19,577 nt of DNA, taken from Sumerlaeia bacterium. Lineage in GTDB: Bacteria > Sumerlaeota > Sumerlaeia > SLMS01 > JAHLLQ01. The stretch is from positions 1 to 19,577 of the forward strand of contig JAVJSW010000029.1 in NCBI GenBank assembly GCA_040219255.1. Direction: 5' to 3'. A program made the translations under genes and the position numbers. Shown in pieces: positions 1 through 6,994 of the stretch. A model generated the notes under the pieces. That model was not told where the DNA came from, did not search any database, and was given only the letters and a program-made list of their open reading frames with translations. Numbering within the stretch: the stretch's first letter is position 1; each line of letters starts with the position of its first letter.

Positions 1-2
1 TC

Positions 3-770
3 GACATCACCGTGTTCCCACAGGGCTCCTACCGCGCCCGTACGAACGTTCGCCAGAACAGCGATGTCGATGTCTGTGTCCGCTACAACTGGACCTTTTT
101 CCCGCAATATCCAACCGGCACCAACCAGGCCACCTTTGGACACACGGACAGCGCCTTCACTTTCGTCCAGTTCAAGAACCTTGTCTATACTGCACTTGTC
201 GAGTACTTCGGTCACAACGGCGTGACCTGGGGGAACAAGGCCTTCGACGTCCATCAGAATACCTACCGAATTGACGCGGACGTCGTCCCCACCTTTGAGC
301 ATCGCAGGTACATTGCCCTCGGGAACGGACAGTACACGTACTATTCGGGCGTTGAGTTCGCACCGGATAATGGGCCCCGCATCATCAACTGGCCGGATCA
401 GACCTACGCAAACGGCGTGAAGCGAAACGACGATACATCTCGACGCTACAAGCGCCTGATCCGAGTGATGAAGCGACTCCGGGATAGGATGAAGGATGAC
501 GGCGTGGCGTCGGCCCAGGGGTTTCCCTCGTTCCTCATAGAATGCCTCGTCTGGAATGCCAACGTCTCAGTGTTCGATCCAACGCTGTACACAGAAATGA
601 TGCGGGCCCTCATCGTTGACCTCTGGAGTCGCACGGAAACTGAGAGCAGCTGCTCGACGTGGGTGGAGGTAAACGAACTGAAGTACCTGTTCCACGCCTC
701 ACAGCCCTGGACACGTGAGCAGGTGCGTCAGTTCCTCCGGGACGCCTGGAATTTCGTGGGGTACGAATAA
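3..770 (+). CDS. cdnE: CBASS cGAS/DncV-like nucleotidyltransferase (CD-NTase, CdnE/clade E-like), 5'-truncated by the window edge
   Basis: The frame is open from base 3 (DITVFPQGSY...), so the GTG at 12 is internal. It has the Pol-beta NTase motif QGSYRARTNVRQNSDVDV (GS...DxD), GNKA, the third Asp in DADVVP, IINWP, an SFLIECLVWN helix and a C-terminal VNELKYLF..QPW, all typical of CdnE-like enzymes. A Cap15-like effector is adjacent. Confidence 0.92.
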   Translation, partial: DITVFPQGSYRARTNVRQNSDVDVCVRYNWTFFPQYPTGTNQATFGHTDSAFTFVQFKNLVYTALVEYFGHNGVTWGNKAFDVHQNTYRIDADVVPTFEHRRYIALGNGQYTYYSGVEFAPDNGPRIINWPDQTYANGVKRNDDTSRRYKRLIRVMKRLRDRMKDDGVASAQGFPSFLIECLVWNANVSVFDPTLYTEMMRALIVDLWSRTETESSCSTWVEVNELKYLFHASQPWTREQVRQFLRDAWNFVGYE

Positions 771-771
771 C

Positions 772-1431
772 ATGCGAAACCTGAAAACAAGACCGCTCGC
801 GTTCTTCCTCGCCGCTTTGTTCGTGGCTTCGTTCATCGTCGTTGGACTCGCCATGGGCATCAACTGGGGAGACTTCGCGGCACTGCTCTTCACTGCCTAC
901 AAGTCGGTCCCCATCGCCCTCGTTCTGTGGGGACTGTTCGTGAAGTGGGGCTGGAAGTGGAAGATCTTCTCAGGGTGGCTGGTTCCCTTTCCATGCTTGG
1001 ATGGAACCTGGCACGGCACCATTCAAACAACCTGGCAGGACCCACGGACAGGCAAGTCACCCGGACCGATTCCTGTGATCCTCACCATCAAGCAGTCCTT
1101 TCATCGAATCAGCCTGGTCATGCGCACCAAGGAGATGACAAGCCGAAGCTACCTCGCAGACTTCTGGCTGGATGGCGACGAGCAGGTCAGCACGCTCGGG
1201 TATGTCTATACCAGCGAGCCTTCGCTGAAGGTGGCGGATCGAAGCCAGCCACATCATGGAACCATGGTTTTCGAGATACTGGGCAACACCGCAAATGAAC
1301 TGAAGGGCAAGTACTGGACGACTCGCAAGACAACTGGTGAGGTAAACCTGACGCTCAGGACCAGAGAAAGACTGGACAAGTACCCCGAGGACCTTGGTGG
1401 GCACCCAGTTCAAGAAGTGGACAAGGAGTAG
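772..1431 (+). CDS. cap15: CBASS membrane effector Cap15 (SMODS-associated 2TM + beta-barrel), 219 aa
   Basis: ATG at 772, 1 nt after the CD-NTase stop; the track start at 715 overlaps cdnE and is unlikely. Two hydrophobic N-terminal helices (LAFFLAALFVASFIVVGLAMG; VPIALVLWGLFVKWGW) are followed by PCLDGTWHGTI, the P-x-L-x-G-x-W-x-G entry to the barrel, and a beta-rich domain (YVYTSEP, HHGT, LKGKYWT.R.T.G). Confidence 0.88.
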   Translation: MRNLKTRPLAFFLAALFVASFIVVGLAMGINWGDFAALLFTAYKSVPIALVLWGLFVKWGWKWKIFSGWLVPFPCLDGTWHGTIQTTWQDPRTGKSPGPIPVILTIKQSFHRISLVMRTKEMTSRSYLADFWLDGDEQVSTLGYVYTSEPSLKVADRSQPHHGTMVFEILGNTANELKGKYWTTRKTTGEVNLTLRTRERLDKYPEDLGGHPVQEVDKE

Positions 1432-1434
1432 GTC

Positions 1435-2058
1435 ATGGACATGAGATCGTTTCTAGTTGAGATGAAGTATGCTTCCGAGGGCCTGATTGAGAAAATCTGG
1501 CATGAGCATAATGCACTTGCCGAACTAAATAGGCAGATTCGGGTCCTCTCCCGCAGGGTGGAAAGCGAGTATCAAGCAGCCATTGGCTTGCAGAGATATG
1601 CGGAGGACCCTGATGATGTCATGATGGGTGTTGGTCGCTACTGGGAGAACTACTTTGGCGATGACAAGACACTGCACCACATGTCTGCCGGAGAGGTGAC
1701 GCTGAGGGAGAAGCTGCAATCGCACGGTTTCTCGATTTCGCAGCTCTCAGGAAGCCTCCTTGCCTTCGCAAAGCAGGGCCTCTCCACCGTACACGGCTCC
1801 AAGTCATCCGCCCCCCAGGGGAGGCCCATCGGGACGCAACACCTGCGGGACGTCATCTGGGAAGCCCGGAACCAGGCAGCGCACTGGGAGGAAGGCAACT
1901 TCAGGCAACCCGTAACAGACTGTTTCAACGCTTTTGCGACAGACATCGATCCGAAGTTCGGCAGCTTCGCGACGCGGAACATGGCCTTCGACGTTGTCGA
2001 AGTCCTTGGATGGAAAGACTTTGCCTCATTCGAGAAAGACATGCTCAGTTTAGCCTAA
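1435..2058 (+). CDS. Uncharacterised helical protein with a HEPN-like RxxxxH motif (putative RNase effector), 207 aa
   Basis: AAGGAG RBS at about 1423-1428 and ATG 3 nt after the cap15 stop. The sequence looks alpha-helical, with RNQAAH (1867-1884) in the C-terminal half. The CDS is secure; the HEPN assignment is inference. Confidence 0.6.
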   Translation: MDMRSFLVEMKYASEGLIEKIWHEHNALAELNRQIRVLSRRVESEYQAAIGLQRYAEDPDDVMMGVGRYWENYFGDDKTLHHMSAGEVTLREKLQSHGFSISQLSGSLLAFAKQGLSTVHGSKSSAPQGRPIGTQHLRDVIWEARNQAAHWEEGNFRQPVTDCFNAFATDIDPKFGSFATRNMAFDVVEVLGWKDFASFEKDMLSLA

Positions 2059-2088
2059 CGCCCCAGAAGAGAAAAGGAAACAACCACC

Positions 2089-4131
2089 ATGGCAAAGACG
2101 AAAACAAAAGAAGCAGCACCCACTCCTGAGCAGGTCGCGCAGGATACACTCCGCTCGCTGTCGGAGAAGTTGAAGCAGGCGGGGTATGATTCCACGGTGA
2201 ATCTGCAATCGCGGGAGGACGGCGTTGCGGCGCGGATTCATTGGGGGTCGCACCATGGGGTGGAGACGCCGCGGGTCTTTGCCCTGGTGTTGCCGAAAGA
2301 CGCCTGGGACCGAGCCAACGCCAATGAGGTTCAACGCCTTTCCTACGAGTTGCCGCCGCCGACGACGAAGGAGGATCAGTACCCGCAGTTCGCTGTCGTT
2401 TCCGACGGCGAGCACACGGCGTATTTCTACCTCTCCTTTCCCGCCTACGAAATTGATCGCCTGCCCAAGCTGACCGAAATCCACGAGTGGAAGCGCATCA
2501 AGGCCGACCCGACCTACCGCTGGTCCATGGCGATGTACGACAAGCTCATGAACGGCTTCAACGCGTTCCACGAGCGCGTGTACCAGATCGACAAGGACCG
2601 CGTTTCCGGCAAGAACGACATCATCCTCGAAGTCGCCAAGATCCTCTTCCTTGAATCGTTCCGCCTGCACCACGACAAGAGCCAGCTCGACTTCAAGCTG
2701 GATGATGGCACCAAGCGCAACCTGGCCGATGTGTTCACCGTCGCCCATGTGAAGAAGCACGGCAAGCAGGCGGTCGAGGAAATCCAGGCCGCCTTCGAGC
2801 ACTTCAAGGGGCACCCGGACTACGTCACCACCGACGACGCCGGGGAGCGCCACGCAATCTTTGACAAGAACCAGCACCTTCAGCTTTCCAAGCCCGGGAA
2901 TTACCAGGCGCTGCTGGAATTGATCCAGGACTTGGGTCCAGTGCGCGACAATCAGGACCGCGTGGTGAAGCAGGAAGGCACCATGGCCGACATCGCCGCC
3001 GATGTGTTGGGGCGCGTGTTCGATGTGTTCCTGCGGGCGAATTTCGAGAGCAAGGGGGGCCTCGGCGTCTATCTCACCCCCGCGCCGGTCAAGCAGGCCA
3101 TGCTCGGCATTGCCTTTCACGACATCATGGAGGAAACGCCGGAAATCCTCACGGCCCGCAACGCCGATGGCTCGCCCATGTTCCGCTTCTGCGATCCCGC
3201 CTGCGGCACCTACGGCTTTGGCTCTGTGGCGATGGGCTATCTCGAACGTGCCCTAGCCGACATTCGCGGCAAGGAAACTACCAGCGAGGTGCGCCGCGAG
3301 AAGCTCTTCCAGGACATGCTCGCCCACAGCTTCGTCGGGGCCGATTCCGCGCCGATGATGGTGACCTTGGCCCGCGTGAACATGGCGCTGCTGGGCGCAC
3401 CCAAGGCTCAGATTTTCTACACCGCCAACTCCCTCACCAGCGATCAGCTCAAGCCCTGCACCGTGGATCTCTTATGTACTAACCCCCCCTTTGGCACGCC
3501 GAAGTTCAAGAAGTCGCAGGAGGAATCGAAGAAGGCCTACGAGAAGGACATGGAACGCATTCTGGAGCTATTCCGGGCCGACCTGACGGAGCGCGAAGGG
3601 CGCGGCGGCGGGTACCATTATTCCCCCACGCCCCACGGTCTGGCTATGGGGGGCAAGCCGACCAAGGCGGGTGTGTGGCAGAATGCCAGCAAAAGCATCG
3701 ATCCTGCGGTGCTCTTTATCGACCGCTGCCTCCAGCTTCTGAAACCGGGCGGACGGCTCATGATCGTGCTCCCCGACGGCGTTCTCTGCAACAGTGGCGA
3801 CCGCTATGTCCGCGAGTATATCATGGGGAAGAAGGACGAAAAGACCGGCCAGTTCCACGGCGGCAAAGCCATCGTGAAGGCCGTCATCAGCCTCCCCAGC
3901 GACGCCTTCAAGCTGAGCGGCACGGGAGCCAAGACCAGCATCCTGTACCTGCAAAAGCGGAAGGCGAATCCCAAGGATCCGGAGAAGTTTCTGGACGAAC
4001 CCCAAACCGATGTCTTCATGGCCGTCGCCGACAGCCTGGGCTACGTCGTGAAGAACAATGTGGAAGACTACAGCACCGGTGCGACGAACGACCTCGCGGC
4101 GATCGTCGGCGCGTATGTGAGGGGGGAATAG
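2089..4131 (+). CDS. hsdM: N6-adenine DNA methyltransferase, HsdM/N-6 DNA methylase family, 680 aa
   Basis: Motif X-like GVYLTPAPV, motif I DPACGTYGF (3193-3219), LARVNMAL, motif IV TNPPF (NPPF 3481-3492), LFIDRCLQLLKPGGRLMIVLPDGVL and AVISLPSDAF..GAKTSILYLQK. AGGA RBS upstream. Followed by an S-like subunit. Confidence 0.92.
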   Translation: MAKTKTKEAAPTPEQVAQDTLRSLSEKLKQAGYDSTVNLQSREDGVAARIHWGSHHGVETPRVFALVLPKDAWDRANANEVQRLSYELPPPTTKEDQYPQFAVVSDGEHTAYFYLSFPAYEIDRLPKLTEIHEWKRIKADPTYRWSMAMYDKLMNGFNAFHERVYQIDKDRVSGKNDIILEVAKILFLESFRLHHDKSQLDFKLDDGTKRNLADVFTVAHVKKHGKQAVEEIQAAFEHFKGHPDYVTTDDAGERHAIFDKNQHLQLSKPGNYQALLELIQDLGPVRDNQDRVVKQEGTMADIAADVLGRVFDVFLRANFESKGGLGVYLTPAPVKQAMLGIAFHDIMEETPEILTARNADGSPMFRFCDPACGTYGFGSVAMGYLERALADIRGKETTSEVRREKLFQDMLAHSFVGADSAPMMVTLARVNMALLGAPKAQIFYTANSLTSDQLKPCTVDLLCTNPPFGTPKFKKSQEESKKAYEKDMERILELFRADLTEREGRGGGYHYSPTPHGLAMGGKPTKAGVWQNASKSIDPAVLFIDRCLQLLKPGGRLMIVLPDGVLCNSGDRYVREYIMGKKDEKTGQFHGGKAIVKAVISLPSDAFKLSGTGAKTSILYLQKRKANPKDPEKFLDEPQTDVFMAVADSLGYVVKNNVEDYSTGATNDLAAIVGAYVRGE

Positions 4132-4134
4132 GCC

Positions 4135-5685
4135 ATGAGTGCTGAACGTCACGTCACCGTGGCCTCGAAAGAAATGTCCGAGGAACGCTTGGATACCGGG
4201 TTCTATTCTCGTGAGTTCTTCGAGAGCAGAGAGATTCTCGACCGATCCGGAATTCCATATGTTCCGATCGGTTCTGCATGTGAGCCGTGGCAGTTTGGTG
4301 CGTATGCTCTATGCAACGAGATTGAGTGGTCTGACGAGAAAGACGGTGTCCCGTATTTGAAGGCCGAAGCGCTTGGGACGCCTCTTCTTCGCCTAGAGTC
4401 ATTGATGTATGTGACTCCACGAACACATTCCTTGCTCGTAAAGTCCCGAGTACGTCCCGGCGATATTGTTGTGGCGACATCAGGAACAATCGGCCCTTGT
4501 GCAATCTTGCCGGAAACCTTCGTGGCAGCAAACTCAAACCAGGATACTATAAAGTTCAACCCCTCGGCGGCAGGATTTGACAACTACTTCGTTACCGCAT
4601 GGCTTTCTACGAAATTCGCACTGGCTTATATGAAGAAAGAAGGAGGTGGCGCGGTCCAGCAGCACATATACCTGTACAACTTCAAACGTCTCCCTCTTTT
4701 GAACCCCCTCCCCCCCGCGCAAACGTACATCGGCGACAAGGTGCGGCAGGCGGAGCGGCTACGGGCGCGGGCGCGGGAGTTGGAAGGGGAATCCTCAAGA
4801 CTTACTTCGGTCCATCATGTGGCTGAGGCCACGCAATCGCCTAATCCACGAACGAACAGGGTGACGCCGACCGATATGTGGCCACGCCTTGACTCGAAGT
4901 ACTACGGCGCTCGTGCTCTTGCTACACTCAAGGCGACTCAAGTCGATGGTGCTCGAATCGGCGACTTCGTTATCAACGTGAGCAACGGTTTCGAGGAGAG
5001 ATCCTTCGTCGACGTTGGCAAACCGTACATAACAGTAACGGAGGTTTCCTCTGGCCGTCTGGATGCTGACCATGCACCCCACATTGACAAAGCTGTCTCT
5101 ATTCCACCAAAGGCCATCATTCATGAGCGGTGTGTGCTGGTCGTTCGCACTGGTTCAATTGGGACCGCCGTGAAAGTGTTCCATGAAGATTCAGGCATGG
5201 CGATCAGCAGTCACTTGATCCGGTTGGAATTTGAGGACGAAAAGACGGCTGCTTGCACCGCTGCCTTCTTGAATTCGCCTGCTGGCAAGATTCTCCAGCA
5301 CAAGATCAGCTATGGGGCCGTTCAACCGCAGATAGGCCAGGAGGAGTTGTTGGCTCTTTCGGTTCCGCAGCAGTTCGTCGATCAAGCCGACAAGCTTCTC
5401 CAGAGTGAGAATGCTCGCGAATCAGCCATCCGGTTCTCGGCACGCCTCACCACCGCCGCGAAGCTGCTGGTGGAGGCGCTGATCGAGGGGCAGGTGTCGG
5501 AGGCGGACCTGGTGGCGGCGCAGAAGGCCCTGGAGGCTGGCGACCGGTCGGCAGACCGCGCCATTCTCCAGCGCCTGACCCGCAAGGGAATGGACGCCCA
5601 CGGCGAACCCGCCCTCTTCCCCGACCTCGACGCGCTGTACGATGCGCTGGATGCCCTTGATGGGCGGGAGGGGGTGGAGGGATGA
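4135..5685 (+). CDS. hsdS: Type I-like restriction-modification specificity subunit (two TRDs) with a C-terminal extension, 516 aa
   Basis: The protein has an internal two-fold repeat: RLDTGFY / RLDSKYY open each half, GDIVVATSGTIG / VLVVRTGSIG form the TRD cores, and GAVQQHI / GAVQPQI close them. Helical spacers are QTYIGDKVRQAERLR and AKLLVEALIEGQV. It starts 3 nt after the MTase stop. Confidence 0.88.
   Translation: MSAERHVTVASKEMSEERLDTGFYSREFFESREILDRSGIPYVPIGSACEPWQFGAYALCNEIEWSDEKDGVPYLKAEALGTPLLRLESLMYVTPRTHSLLVKSRVRPGDIVVATSGTIGPCAILPETFVAANSNQDTIKFNPSAAGFDNYFVTAWLSTKFALAYMKKEGGGAVQQHIYLYNFKRLPLLNPLPPAQTYIGDKVRQAERLRARARELEGESSRLTSVHHVAEATQSPNPRTNRVTPTDMWPRLDSKYYGARALATLKATQVDGARIGDFVINVSNGFEERSFVDVGKPYITVTEVSSGRLDADHAPHIDKAVSIPPKAIIHERCVLVVRTGSIGTAVKVFHEDSGMAISSHLIRLEFEDEKTAACTAAFLNSPAGKILQHKISYGAVQPQIGQEELLALSVPQQFVDQADKLLQSENARESAIRFSARLTTAAKLLVEALIEGQVSEADLVAAQKALEAGDRSADRAILQRLTRKGMDAHGEPALFPDLDALYDALDALDGREGVEG
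4704..4716 (+). repeat. C5-T-C7 homopolymer tract at the TRD1/central-spacer junction of hsdS
   Basis: The sequence CCCCCTCCCCCCC is read directly; it encodes N-P-L-P-P. Confidence 0.5.
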
Positions 5686-6923
5686 GGTTGGAGAATCTTG
5701 CCAAGGCCATCGGCAGCATCCACGGCAACGCGCAGTCCCGCGCCGGGTTGGCGGTCAACCGGGTGCTGAACTGGCGCAACTGGCTGATCGGGGCGTACAT
5801 CATCGAGTTCGAGCAGGGGGGCGAGGACCGGGCGGAGTACGGGGAAGGGATGCTGAAGGAACTGGCGAAGCGTCTCAAGGACCAGGGGGCCAGCGGCCTT
5901 TCCTGGCGTAACCTCTACAATTGCAGGCTTTTTGCCTCCTGCTACTCCAACCCTCAGATTTTGCAGACGGCGTCTGCAAAATTGGGCGAGGAGATAAGCC
6001 AGACACTTTCTGGCCTATTGGAAGGCGAGAAAAGTCAGACGGCGTCTGACCTATCTGCTGGGGACGAGATTTCGCAGACAGCGTCTGCAAAATCGGGGGA
6101 ACTGCCCGGCCTCGTCCACTTCCCATCCCTCCAGCAACGGGATACGGAGCTGGAATGGCGGGATGGAGAATGGACAGCGCGGCTGTTCGGATCGCTGTCG
6201 TTTTCGCACCTGCTGGAACTGGCCCGGATCGATGAGCCGCTGAAGCGGGCGTTCTACGAGCTGGAATGTCTGAAATCCGGTTGGTCGGTGCGGGAGCTGA
6301 AGCGCCAGCGAAACAGTGGATTGTACGAACGGGTAGGTTTGTCGAAGGACAAGGACGCGGTGATGGCGCTGGCAAAAGAGGGGCGGTTGGTAGATAGCCC
6401 GGCGACGATTCTGCGCGACCCGTACGTGCTGGAATTCACGGGTCTGGAACAGAAGGCGGCCTACAGCGAGTCGGATCTGGAGACGGCGCTGCTGAATGAC
6501 CTGGAGGCGTTCCTGTTGGAGCTGGGGCGGGACTTCTGCTTCATGGATCGCCAGATGCGCATCACCGTGGCGGGCAAGCACCGGTATCTGGATCTGCTTT
6601 TCTTTCACCGGGAGTTACGATGCCTTGTGGCAATCGACCTGAAGATCGGCGAGTTCGAGCACGAAAACGCCGGGCAGATGAATTTCTACCTCAATTACCT
6701 GAAGGAGAACGTCGCCAAGGAAGGCGAGAACCCGCCGGTGGGAATTCTCCTGTGCGCGGACAAGGACGCGGAGGAGGTGCATTACGCGACGGCGGGCCTG
6801 GACAATTCGGTGTTCGTATCGCGCTACCTGGTGGCGTTGCCGTCTGAGGAGCAACTGATGGCGTTCCTGCGGCGTGAGCAGGAATTCCTCAGCCGGTTGC
6901 GGACGAAGGAGGGCGAGGAATGA
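5682..6923 (+). CDS. yhcG: YhcG/DUF1016 family protein (N-terminal DUF1016_N + C-terminal PD-(D/E)xK nuclease), 413 aa
   Basis: ATGA overlap with hsdS and a GGAGG RBS. Family motifs: NWLIGAYI..EQ.G..RAEYG, LSFSH, R.FY...C....WSVREL.RQ..S.LYER, DPYVLEF, SESDLE, LLELG.DF.F..RQ, YLDLLFFHR.LRCLVAIDLK, GQMNFYLNY and ENPPVGILLC. Confidence 0.95.
   Translation: MRLENLAKAIGSIHGNAQSRAGLAVNRVLNWRNWLIGAYIIEFEQGGEDRAEYGEGMLKELAKRLKDQGASGLSWRNLYNCRLFASCYSNPQILQTASAKLGEEISQTLSGLLEGEKSQTASDLSAGDEISQTASAKSGELPGLVHFPSLQQRDTELEWRDGEWTARLFGSLSFSHLLELARIDEPLKRAFYELECLKSGWSVRELKRQRNSGLYERVGLSKDKDAVMALAKEGRLVDSPATILRDPYVLEFTGLEQKAAYSESDLETALLNDLEAFLLELGRDFCFMDRQMRITVAGKHRYLDLLFFHRELRCLVAIDLKIGEFEHENAGQMNFYLNYLKENVAKEGENPPVGILLCADKDAEEVHYATAGLDNSVFVSRYLVALPSEEQLMAFLRREQEFLSRLRTKEGEE
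5958..6093. repeat. Array of four 25-bp imperfect palindromes (11-3-11) inside yhcG, periods 36, 36 and 39 bp
   Basis: 5958-5982 ATTTTGCAGAC-GGC-GTCTGCAAAAT (perfect); 5994-6018 ATAAGCCAGAC-ACT-TTCTGGCCTAT; 6030-6054 AAAAGTCAGAC-GGC-GTCTGACCTAT; 6069-6093 ATTTCGCAGAC-AGC-GTCTGCAAAAT. They encode ILQTASAK / ISQTLSGL / KSQTASDL / ISQTASAK. Confidence 0.9.
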
Positions 6924-6994
6924 GAGCGTTCAAGATTCAAAGGCCACTTTTGAAGTCACAATCTGTGACCTCAAGTTTGCGGGGGAAGTCATGA
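6920..6994 (+). other. 24-codon linker mini-ORF (MRAFKIQRPLLKSQSVTSSLRGKS) bridging yhcG and the next gene
   Basis: Its ATG overlaps the yhcG stop (ATGA 6920-6923) and its TGA overlaps the next ATG (ATGA 6991-6994). GGAGGG lies upstream. Whether it is translated is unknown. Confidence 0.4.
6950..6974. repeat. 25-bp palindrome TTGAAGTCACA-ATC-TGTGACCTCAA (possible operator or protein-binding site)
   Basis: An 11-3-11 inverted repeat with one mismatch, located in the only sizeable gap between main genes of the operon. Confidence 0.75.

Noticed and set aside
2053-2088. GCCTAAC overlapping the stop of the HEPN-like gene resembles an integron attC inverse core (RYYYAAC)
   Set aside because: No complementary GTTRRRY or attC hairpin follows; only 30 nt containing an RBS precede the MTase gene.
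2050-3120. 356-aa minus-strand ORF, and similar long antisense ORFs at 8061-9314, 7573-8391, 12004-12717 and 14308-15186
   Set aside because: These are shadow frames opposite well-supported + strand genes in GC-rich DNA, with no recognisable motifs.
3483-3489. C7 run in the MTase as a phase-variation tract
   Set aside because: It is explained by the codons of the catalytic NPPF motif (AAC CCC CCC TTT) and is short.
2089-5685. Classical type I R-M system
   Set aside because: There is no HsdR (DEAD-box motor plus nuclease) in the window, and M/S are instead coupled to a different gene set. An hsdR elsewhere cannot be excluded.
5958-6093. Palindromic repeats with regular spacing as a CRISPR array
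   Set aside because: The spacers are only 11-14 bp, the repeats are divergent, the array is in frame inside an intact gene, and no cas genes are present.
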